Positions 24,858-36,600 of a stretch of DNA of 64,000 nucleotides are shown here, one piece after another (position 1 is the first letter of the stretch; each line of letters opens with the position of its first letter). Both the position numbers and the translations under genes were made by a program. Location of the stretch: assembly GCA_964304625.1 (NCBI GenBank), contig OZ199839.1, positions 3,950,670 through 4,014,669 of the forward strand. The letters are read 5' to 3'. Under the pieces are notes generated by a model, which ran no database searches, was not told where the DNA came from, and saw only the letters and a list, made by a program, of their open reading frames with translations. This DNA comes from Kudoa neothunni (lineage: Eukaryota > Animalia > Cnidaria).

Positions 24858-26043
24858 CTATTTCGGGGCGATTGAACATGTATTCCCACGTACTGCAGGG
24901 AGTGTTATGGAACCATTCTGGCAGGTGATGAGGGCAGCATGTGCAGACAAAAAATCGCGACCAAGGATGCAATCTGTTACCAGATTATGACATACAACCA
25001 TTCTCCATTTGAAGACCTTTCCATTTAGAGAGAATTCGACGATGCTAGTACCAATGGTTTCCATTTGCTTCCCGCCTGCGGATGTAAGACTAATTTTGTC
25101 AGGGTGCATTTCCACATCGAAGCCGTGTCTTATAATTGATATGGAAGATCCAGTGTCAATCAGAGCAGTTGCAACTCTAGTTCCGATTTCAATTGGTATT
25201 GTAAAATTTTTAGACAAGTCAAACTGCGCTGAAGAAACAAAACACGAATAATTGGCCTCATCCGAAACAGATTCATTAAAATTGATACAGTTAATGTTAT
25301 TTGTATGTTTGCTATTGCATATATATGAGAGGTGTCCCCTCTTGTGGCAGGTTTTACATATTGCAAAACCTTTGCACTCTTTGGTTGAGTGATTATTTGA
25401 GCCACATTTTTTGCAAGATCGTTTCTTGTATTTGGATTTCCTCTCGCCGTACGAGGCTGCTGCAGTGTGATTTGGAATATTTAGCTGTTCCTCAACCGAT
25501 TGGATCAGCTCAGGAAGTGCTTGGGGTTTCGAAGCAACGATAATACGTTTGATGTACTCAGGCAACGACTTCGTGCATTGGTCCATAACTAGAGTTCTAG
25601 CGGTGTCTTCGTCGATAGAGGGTAGGGCCTTGCGAAGCAAATTGTTCACTCCGAAGCAGAATTCAGCAAAGGGGGGTGACATTGTCCCACGTCGAACTGT
25701 AGAACGATTGAAGGGACAATGCGGAAGAAGTGATAGGGCGATATGTATTATTTAACAGCTCCACCATAAGGTTGAATGTATCCCTCGTTGGTCGGTACAT
25801 ATTTATACCGTTGGTCTCGATCAAATCGAGGATGGTATCTCCGAGGTACAAGGGAAAATTCCTAGCTTTGTCCAGGTCATTCCAGTTGCTAGCTAGTGCA
25901 AGGAGCATAAAAGAGCGGTGGAACTTGGCGAAGTTATCGGCGGCGCCGGTAAATTTCTTGAGTGGCGGTGGCTTAACAGAGTCAACACCCCTGTCACCAG
26001 ATGTAACGGTGGAGTTAGTTGCGCTGTCGATAGGAGAAGCCAT
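24858..26043 (-). CDS. gag: Retrotransposon Gag + aspartic protease (two ORFs joined by a +1 shift at ~25671-25676)
   Basis: PPPLKKFTG capsid-like start; two CCHC knuckles CKKCGSNNHSTKEC and CKTCHKRGHLSYIC; protease ALIDTGSSISII...ILGRDFL. Confidence 0.92.
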
Positions 26044-26994
26044 GATAAAATATACTCGAAAAGTAATCTACCTAGATATCACTAATCTAAATCCGGCTGA
26101 CGCGTGTCATCCGTTACATTTAGAATCCTTATTAATTTTTGACGTAAATATGTCATTAAAATTCATTTAATTTTTACCTTACAATTGTTTTGTATGAATT
26201 AAAACCATCACAAAGGAACTTTTACCTCAATTGTGATTTTTTAATAAACATAAGATGGATTTATCTAAATAATTTGACATTCCAGCTTTTTAAGGAATCC
26301 ACACATTAACAATATTTATTGCGCATGCATCAAACTGATATAGAAACTTATGCGATAGAAAAATTACACTTCATCCCTAAATTCAACTGACTTTTTGTTC
26401 ATAGATTTTATGATGTATGGGTGATATAAATATTGCACCACTATACAACACGCATTCTAAATATGTTTAAAATTATATATTAGAAAAATATTATTACTTA
26501 AAAATTAACTCTATCAACAACATAATGCAATTTAAATTATATCAAAGACGATGCATTAGCTTTTACTGATTAATGTAAGTGCGTTAGAACTAAATAAAAA
26601 ATTATATACTTTTTAATGGGATAGATTTGTAACTAGTAATAAGATATTATTGAAAAAATCATTTACGAAAAAGCAGTCAGTTACTTTAACTGAGTTCAAT
26701 TTTACCATGACATTAACTTGATTTCAAGTTTTCTAATCACAATAGATTGTTATGAATATTTTAATTATGTAAAAATGATTTTCAACACTACATTTGTTGC
26801 CAACAATGTAAACAGTAATAAGTTTAATATTCTAGAATCCTGAATTTATTAAATAATACGAGTAATTCTTAAGTTTGAAATGGAAACTAAAAACTGGGCT
26901 AAATAGGAATCGTCCGAGAATCGCAAGTTAGTCTATCAACAAATATCTCACCACATCTTGAGGTTTTATATTTTTAAATTTATTTATAATTTAG

Positions 26995-27407
26995 CCATTG
27001 CGAATTACAGCTTGATACAACCTATACTGTGTGGCATTGAATGTTCTTCCGCTAGAACTTGTGACAAGGATAACTGCTCTAGAGATTGTTGCGACCTAAT
27101 GATTGCGATGCCAGTGGGTAATCTACCAGTGATAAATCAATTTCCGATTATACCCATTGCTATGCCAACTGCTCCCACAATAGTCCGTCTGGAGTCTACC
27201 CCCTACAATCAACCAACCTTCCGACCATTTAATTCTCCTGTATATGGAAGCCAACAACGTTATCAAGATGAATCTAATTTGTTGCTTTGTGGTGTTGGTT
27301 GTTCAAATTTTTGTTACCCTTACTGTACGTCTGTATGTTGTAATTCACTTAAAAGATCCTTCATATCCAACAGATATGTCTATCCTTATTATTATCCCAG
27401 AGTATAG
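26995..27407 (+). CDS. Terminal exon with two minicollagen-type cysteine-rich domains flanking a Pro-rich spacer
   Basis: CGVGCSNFCYPYCTSVCC is a canonical CxxxCxxxCxxxCxxxCC; CGIECSSARTCDKDNCSRDCC is a spacing variant; a KR dibasic site follows. No ATG precedes the first CRD; T-rich acceptor ends at 26994. Confidence 0.8.
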
Positions 27408-27631
27408 ATTAGAATTTGATTTTAGGAGTTTTTTGGTACTTTTAATGAGCTCTATGTTTTGCGACTTTTCAGCTACATATAATTTATCGTTGTGTAAACA
27501 GATCAAATCAGCACAACCGATTTATTGATTTAGCGAGTAACGCGATCAGTCGTCGATTACGATCGAGTCGGCGCTTTATTTATTATACAGTATCGTAGTT
27601 GATCTGCTGTTCTAAAACTACTAAAATAACA

Positions 27632-30600
27632 ATGGAGGAAGAAGAATGGTCCAAATTGTCAATTAGTGATCGAGTCTCTCATAAGGTTTTTCATTTGACA
27701 CGACATTCAGTGTAGTCCGGCAATCAGCTTCCTTCATTTTAGGTTTGGAAAGCCCGTCTTGACGGGTATGATGAGTTGAACAAAAAAATTCCCATAATGG
27801 ATGTCGAGGAGTTGAAATCGTATTGCGATGTTGTCAAGAAAGCTCCATTTGAATCAAATGCCGCTGCATTAGATAGAGCCTTAGAGTGCGTGTTGTCGTT
27901 TCTTCAGAATGCACCTGAATTATCAGAAAGGTTTTTTTGATATCCAAATATTATGTGTAACTCGAAACATGATTTTTTTGTTAGAATTGTGGTTGAATGT
28001 GTGTGTGGTGTTGTCACCAAAGTTCTGAGTGCTCGTCCCAAATCTAAACAATTGGGTTTTGATGTGTGTTTACAATTCATTGAAAATGAAGTTGCTTCCA
28101 GTGTTGTTGTATTACTTTTGTGATTTGTTTGAAAATGCTTGGATGCTGATGCCATTTTAGGAGGAGTTGTTGAAAGTTGTTACCAATAAAAACCCAAAAA
28201 TTGTTAACGGATCATCCGAATTAATCCTTTTAGCTATAAAGTTATTTCGTTTTGTTCAATTTTAAATCGCTTATTTTATGTATAGAGAATTCGGTGCAAA
28301 AGTTATCGATATTAAACCGGTTGTGAAAACTATCCCAAAATTTCTCTCACACAACGATAAGAATGTAAGAAATAATGCCAAAGCCATTGCTCTCGAATGC
28401 TACTACTATTTGGGTGACGCTATCAAAAATGTACTCGCTGATATACAACCAGTACAAATGAAGGAATTGGAAGAAGAGTTCAGCAAACTTAAAGGACAAG
28501 CTCCTCCTATTCCACCCAGAAAAATAAGATCTCAACAGCAACAACAACAGAAAGCAGTTAACGCTTCAAATGGTGAAACGACAGTCAATGGTAATTATTT
28601 AAAATTTAATAACGCAAAAAATAAAAAATTAATAAATAAATTAATGCCTCTTTCGGCCACCGAGAATAGCTGATTAATAATGTTGATTTTTTATGCGAAT
28701 TAATGCCTTTTTTGATATTCCTACCTATTAAAAATAAGGGATAATTTTTTATAATCAAATTTTGTAATTTGAATTAATCTATAGGCAATTTTTAGACATA
28801 TCTATACTTGTAGTGCGCATGCATGGGAAAATATGAACATTAATAAACAAATCCTATACAAAGAAAACAAGAATATGATTGATATCAAACAATAGTTCTT
28901 TTTTAGTACTTTCAAAAAATATACAGGGGATATCAAAGGATGCGTAATAGATAATTTAGAATGCGATGTATGCTTGCGCGCTCGTCATTTTTAATACCCC
29001 TTGTTTTTGTTGTTCGTTACGGATACAAATTATTTTTTTGAAACAATAAATTGTGGCAATTAGCCAAAATTATTTAACTATAGCGAACACTACATAGGGA
29101 ATTAAATTCGGATAGATTGATAAATATTTCCTATACAAATTTCGAACTCTAAATTATTATTAAAATTTTTTAAATATCAACTTGATTAGAATAAAAATAA
29201 TTCAACTGCAAAAAAAATTAATGAAACGTAAAGCTTCTCAAATTGGATAGTGTGCGCGCCGATTTGAATGGTGCCCAATTTAATCTGAAATTTATGTCGT
29301 TTTAGTTAATGATTGTGCCATTCATGATTTGAAAACATTGTAAATTTTTTCAAATGAGGTATTAAACTTAAGTAATGATTTAAAAATGAAATTTTTCCTT
29401 TTCGCAGGCAAATTTCAATAGAAAACAATGAGGCTTAATGGTGCATCCGAACCTCGATTTTCATTAAATCGTGCTCTCCGGAAGATATTATAAATTTTAT
29501 TTTGATTTTAAAACTTACGTCGAGAATTCAGTTCCTATATAAATTTATATAATATCTCAACATATGCCTGTATTTTTATGAAACAAACATTAATTACCGA
29601 TTATTTAAAAAATGTAGATTACTCACACTTAGACGTGTGTTTCCCCCATAATTATGTATTTTTTTCTTTAAGTCTCCATATTACAGGTTAAAGATGTGCT
29701 GGTATCTCTAATTTAAGTTGCAGGAGTTAAACTATTTTTCTTAATAAATCATTCGAAATGTTGATAAATCAAGGGAACAACATAAATAAATAGAAATTTT
29801 AAAAATGCGCGCGCGTTAGACGTTTGTTATGTTAAAGTAATTGGAACCTCGCTATCCGGAAAGAAAATCGCTGATCCGAACTTTTCCGGATAATCGAGTT
29901 TCGACTGCATATTAATTATTAATCTGTTCATAAACTTGTATTAATCCAAATAAATGTCAGTATAACAATAAGTGTGACCGTTTCCAATTTAAGGCTGTTT
30001 AAGCTTTGTGAGCTATTCCACAATATAACTATGGATTATTCTCTGCGACAGGAACTAGAACAACAATTAATTCAAATATTAATTTATGATATATTATAAT
30101 TGGAATAATGACTGAGTTATAGCTCCTTTTCAAGTTAATGCCTAAACTATAGTTACCTTAACTCTCTAATGGTATATCTTTTTATATCGTAAACTAATAC
30201 CTAATAGATCTCAGTTATTCTTCTAATAAGATGTCTTTGGTTCGACGAAAAAATGTTTTTCGAGAAATTATTGAATAAGTTTTAATTTTTATTTTATCTT
30301 GTAATGGTCTTTGGGGTAAAATTTACCTCATGTTTTCTTTGATTACAAATATTCCAAAAAATGTAAACCACTTTGAACTTAAATATAATAAAATTTCTGA
30401 GTAATTTTTGTAAAAAGTGAGGATATGTTAGATAGATTAATTAATGCGCAAGCGCTGATCATGTGAAGATGTATAATTCTAATGATTTCATTGATGAATT
30501 TGGTTTTTCAGAGAATTAACATCATGTTGTTGACGAAAACGTCTTCTTTTCGGTGCCCCTTGCTAAAAAATTGACCATAGAGACATTACGTTAAAAATTA

Positions 30601-33600
30601 GGGATACCACCTTGCCTCCAAGCATCACCAAATAGAGCCCGTTGTGGCAACATTTTTTTATTCCGTGAAAAGTATATGTTGGTATTTTATGTTCCCAATA
30701 AATTAAAATGCGTTATTTTCTTAAAGAAATCGTTGAACAATTAAACAAAACATCGTTGACAACAAATTCCACAAATAAAACAATAAAAACAGGTCTCAGC
30801 ATTGTTTATGCATCCCAACAGGAACCTCCTCTTAATGTCTTAATGTAAAGCGAGAAACATGTGGGTACAGTGGGAGGAAAAACGATGAATAATCTTCTGA
30901 ATGGTGCGAAAATTGTTATAAGTTTTATTGTCCAATTCACGCTTTTAAAAACTGTTTTAATATTTCAACTGGCGCAACACGATTAATTCCGCTGAATTAA
31001 CGCAATTACTTTATTAATGAACATCAATGTGTACCGACTTTAAACGGATCATAAACAAAGAGGATCATCGCCTGGATTACGTTAAAATTTAATATGCGTT
31101 TGCCAGTGTTTCATCCATAGGAATTAAAAATTACTCTATAGTATTGATTATTAGATTGTTTAAAGTGTTATAATTCAAAAAAAATGTGGGGTAAAATTTA
31201 CCCCAAAGTCCATTACACGTTCATCTCATCGTTTTTGTGATCATTAGAGAGTTAAAGTTAAAATATTGTTATATTAAGAATTAAATATGTAACAACCCCC
31301 ATTATGCAAAAATTGCTCTTATTCAATGTTGATGTCACCTAATTTACCTCGGGTTAGGAACTCATGATATAATAGGTTGGTCTAATATTTTATTAATACG
31401 CTTTAATATTTATATGATTATTTTTTGCGTGATTTAATTTGATCGTTATTTTTAGATGATGCAAATCAAGAAGAACCCCAAGATATTATGGACCCCTACG
31501 ATCTGTTGGACCCTGTGGATATTCTTTCTTCGATTCCGGACGATTTTTATACTAAAATTGTAAGTATTTTGTGTCTTAACTAAGAAGAAAGTTCATTTGG
31601 TTAATATAATAATGTGAATACAATTTAGAATTTTTACGTACTTTAAACTGAATTTTAATCAATGCATTTATACACTATCATTAGATGGGACGATTTTGCG
31701 CAAATTTTATAATTTCACTTACTAAAATCGACTATTATTACTTTTTCAATCTAATTTTGAAAATTCTATAATTTAAATTCAGTAAATTAAATCATGACTT
31801 TAATTCTTAAAAATACATGTCGAGCATACTTCTGTTCGACTTTATTGAATATCGTTAATGTTGGCATGAATTAATTTAACCGGATTTTTTTCTATTTCTC
31901 CACGCTTGTGCAATATTTCAACCTTTATTTTGTTCAACCAAATAAAAACACATATCATGAAATGATATAATGACCTTATGGGTGAAGGTAGAATTAAAAA
32001 CTTAAGATTATATTAAAAAGAATAAGACTAAAAATAATGATTTCATATTTCGAAATTTATTTTTCTGCCTGAATAATCTTGTTGGCATAGATTTTTGAGA
32101 CTTTTTTGGTTTATCTAATTTTGTCGGTAGACGCGAAAATCATTTTTTAAATTCAATAAAAATTATTGGTTAGCGGTTTTTCGATATATTTATCGAGGCA
32201 GTTTTAATTATAAGCAATCTTATTGAAAAAATTAATCAAATAAGATCAGAGTTTTCATTTGCATTGCTTATACGAATTGGTTTGATTACTCGTAAATTTT
32301 GGATTCTGTTTTTCCATGTTTCGCATGAATGTGTAAAATTCTTAGATGTATCAACCTGAAATTGTAATTTCTTCTATTAAAACAACAAAAGGTGCTTCAC
32401 TATTAACCAAAATAGTTCTTCACTTTAAATCGTTTTATTTTGGATGATAAAGTTATTATTTGCTATTAATTTTAATATTAGAAATTGTGTATATTTTAAA
32501 ATTTTATCTCGACTTTTTAATTCCAATTGTGGTATTGTGCGCTTTTAATGTATTGTTTGAATGGATTGGCTGCAAAAATTTACACTTAGAAGATAAGGTA
32601 TAAAATTGGTTTTTTGATATATTTTGTAGATTGTTCTAATAAAAATATTAACAAAAAGGATCAAAAATACATCGACATAGTTACAACTATAAATTTATAG
32701 CATTTAATTTGTCCGTTTTAATTAGGCCTTGCAATTTTCGGCAGTTATTATTATTTGATTTAGTCATTTCAATAGACGTTTATGAAATTCATCAACTACA
32801 ACATCTTGATTCAACCTTTTTTAAAGTGGATAATTTCAGTTTTATTATGCTAGACAACCAATAGCACGTGATCTCCTGAGGTCAACCGTGCGCGCATGCG
32901 CGTTTATATTTTTTTAATAGAATGACTAAAAATAGTTCTTAAGATTATTTAATTGAAAAATAATGTGAAATTTTTATTTAAACGGAATATGTTGAGAAAA
33001 TATTTAACTCTTTACATTTAGTTCAAATTTTGTAAATAGTTCATTCCATGAAATTATAGAAAACTACTATTTTCTTATTCTTTATTAAATTAATTCTCAT
33101 ATTTTGTTGTTACAAATTTTCATTGATGCATCTAAAGGACAATTTTTAAATAACACTTAACATTATATATCAATTTAATCTATTCTATTATATCATTTTC
33201 GATGAATTGGTTATTTTTTGTTGAAGATATCAAAAAACTTATTGTCATCCACAAGAAATTTTAGATACTTATGAACATGGTTTAATTTTAATACTTTAAA
33301 TGCAGATTAATTTTTTATTCATAGGATATAAGTTTTCACGTCATTCCTGATAATATTAGATAATTTCATTTAAATTGTATATAAAATCTGACTAAGGTTT
33401 AAACAGCTTTACGAATTATATAAGCATTCGTTAGGAATTTTTTACTAACGTCCACGGATAATGAATGAAAACATATTCTTGCCCAATTTGACTCATTTCT
33501 ATTGTCATGGAACCGTCCTAGGTAAGATTTGAGCCAATGCTTATTGCATCAACTAATTTTCGCCTTATAATTATTGTGTCAACTGAACGTGGCTGGAATT

Positions 33601-36600
33601 TTTTATTTCATCAAGGCACTTAGCCATAAGCTGTGATAAACGGATAAATCATTTTATTCCTCAGTGTTTTCCTGATTTTAATTCTGAATTATCTTAATAA
33701 TTTTAAGTCTTATACATAGTTTTTAATTTGGATGCAAAGTATATTGGAAAATATCTTTAATAATTTTTCGGCCCCTCCAGATACAGAAAGGAATAATGTC
33801 ACATTATTTCGTGCAGTTCTTCAAAAATTCAAATGCTTGACTCTAAGTTTACGTATTTTGGGTTAAATAAAGACTAAATTTACATGATTCAATCGGAAAA
33901 TTTGCATATTGCCGTTTTCCACCTAATTTTAGTATATTATAATTTCTTAATTTAATTAAAGAATATTTCGGAGAATCTTGCACCATTAAAGTCCTAAAAT
34001 AATTATTATTAAATATATAATTTAATATAAACTATGAACACAGCTTATTGATGAAATTGTGTATTATCAGTTGCGTATTATTTGTTGTGTATTATTTCTA
34101 AGTAATTTCGAATGCCATTTTTGTTAATATACTGAGTTCATACTTCCATACATGTTTTTTTATATGATCTAATTCATTATTTTTGTATTTAGACCGAAGC
34201 AAAATGGCAATCTAGGAAGGAAGCATTGGAAAGTGTTATCAAGTTGATTCAGTCGCCCAAAATCACTCCAGGAAATTTCTCAAATTTTATCGGAGCTTTA
34301 AAAAAGGTTATCTCGTCTGACGTGAACGTGAATGTGTGTTTATTGGCTATAAATTCGGTCGGATTTTTGGCCAAAGGCTTAAAGTCTGATTTTGAACAAT
34401 ACTGTTCAACGATTGCACCCACGTTATTGGATCGTTTCAAAGAAAAAAAACCGAATATAGTAGCGGCGATAAGAGATGCGGTGGATGCTTGTTCATCTTC
34501 ATGGTCTCTGGAAAATGTGATCGCGATAGTCACTCCTTATTACGACCACAAGGTTCCATCCATTAGAGAAGAATGTATCAAGTATTTGGGTCGTTATCTT
34601 TCCAGAAAAAAGCCATCCACTATCAGCAAACCCATTATTAAGTCCATCACTACAGATCTTGTCAAACGAATGGATGACAATGTGGGACCTGTGAGAGAAG
34701 CGACAGCAGAAGCATTTGCAATACTTATGAAAATTTCTGGCGAGAAAGTTCTAAACGCTTTGCTGGAAGGCCAAATTGACGATATCAAGAAAAACAAGAT
34801 TAAATCCATTTATCTTAAAATGACTGATAGTGCAGAAAGTTCGCCGAATGCTCCTTCCGCCATCCAACCTATTTCATCGTCTTCTTGTTCTAAGCCATCC
34901 TCCAGTTCGATTTCACAACCATCCGCGTCCGCAATTATTAACAAGGCGTCAACTTCCAAAACTACTTCAGCCCCTTCAAATAAACCTATCGCAACGCAAA
35001 AAACGCCACCAAAAAATGCCTATGAAAACGATTCCGATGAACCCGCTGAACCCGATATTGAAGAAGATTCTGCTATTGAACAATCTATGGGAACACTTTT
35101 AAATGAAGAATTGGTTAAGAGTCTTGGTAGTTCGGTTTGGAAAGATCGTCTCGAATGTGTAGAAACCATCAAAAATAAAATTTCTCTTGAACCTCTATCG
35201 TATAATCCACCTGTGGTATTTAAAGTTCTTTCTAAGAAGCCAGGTTGGCGAGATGGCAATTTGCAAGTTTTCAAGGCTAAACTCTCTGTAATGAGTCAGC
35301 TTGTAGTGTCATCTAAAACAGCCGAAAAACCGTTTTCACGCCGAGCAGCCCACAATTTAATTCCTATTATAGCTGATAAAATTGGCGATGTCAAGATGAA
35401 GGATTCTATTAGAAACATATTGATTGAGTTGGCGGACGCTCTTTCGTTGAATTATGTTTCGATCCGTCTTGCCAACATACTCCAATCGACAAAAAATGTG
35501 AAAGTTCAATGTGAAATTTTGAACTGGATTAGTGATATGTTGTATGATTTCGGCCTCAAGATTGATGTCAAACCTCATATCCATATGCTCAAGTTTGCTC
35601 TTGATCAAATCAATCCAGAAGTGAAAAAATGTGCGGTTCATTTGGCTGTTAGAATGCATGTTCATATGGGAGCTACCCTGATGAGACTACTTGCTGATGT
35701 GAAACCTGTTCAGTTGACTCAAATAGAAAATGAATATTCTAGAGTGAAATCTGAACCTATACCTAAACCAATTCGGGGTGTAGAGGCAAAAACACCTGAT
35801 GACACTACTACTGCAACACCCGCTGTTAATGCTACCACCAATAAGATTTCTGACACAGTTCAACAACAATTTACCATGATGAATCTAGAAGATAGTATTG
35901 AACGTGTTGATGTGAGCGATTTGATTAGTGATGAAATTCTCACTAATTTGGAAGATAAGAATTGGAAAATTCGTACTGAATCGTTAGAGAAAATCAACGA
36001 TATATTTAAAACGAGAAAGCCTGTCCAACACACCGGCCGACTATCTTCACTTATCACTACAATCGTTTCAAGGCTTCAGGACAACAACAAAAATATTGTC
36101 GTGCTTACGCTTAATATTTGTTCTGCAATGATCGATTCTGTTGGACCGAATATCTATGAGCATAAAAACACCCTTTTTAGAGGTATACTTTCATGTCTCA
36201 TGGATAGTAAACCCAACGTACATAACGCTGCACTATCGACGTTGGACTCCTGGAATTCCATTATTCCTATTCACATGACTCTTAATATTGACTCTTTGGT
36301 TGTTTCTGAGTTGCTGTTGATTGAACATCCTAATTTGAGAGCTGGGGTTTTAACTTACTTGATTCAATCGTTTGAGAAAATGCCTGATGCACAGGTTCCG
36401 CCACAATGTATCGAACTTCTTATCCAACCTACCTTCCAATGTCTCACTGATCGCAAGAATGAAGTCAGAAAAGTGGCTCAAGAATTTATTCCGTTTGTGG
36501 TAAAATTTTACAATCCAAATAATGTTAGAAAGATGGCCAACAGTTTGGATAGAACAATGCAAAACATTGTTATCCCAATAATAGAACAGGCTGTGCAAAA

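Larger units (their letters stand above)
22207..26118 (-). mobile_element. Full-length Ty3/gypsy LTR retrotransposon (3912 bp), recent insertion
   Basis: 117-bp LTRs at 22207-22323 and 26002-26118 (TGTAAC...GTTACA, one mismatch seen); 5-bp TSD TTTAG on both sides; PBS-like TGGTGACAGGGGTG after the 5' LTR; purine tract AAGGGGGGAA before the 3' LTR; gag-PR-RT-RH-IN order. Confidence 0.97.

Noticed and set aside
11057-24860. Alternative genetic code (TAA/TAG reassigned) to explain internal stops
   Set aside because: MVD, FoxQ2, CKAP5, JAGN1 and SERF end at TAG, TAA or TGA at expected positions, and long exons contain no internal stops.
22802-26170. Short plus-strand and alternate-frame ORFs inside the LTR element (possible antisense or env-like gene)
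   Set aside because: They overlap gag/pol almost entirely and lack motifs; there is no space for an env gene.
26958-27407. Calling the CRD exon a true minicollagen
   Set aside because: There is no Gly-X-Y repeat between the two CRDs, and the listed ORF start is a TTG in intron-like sequence.
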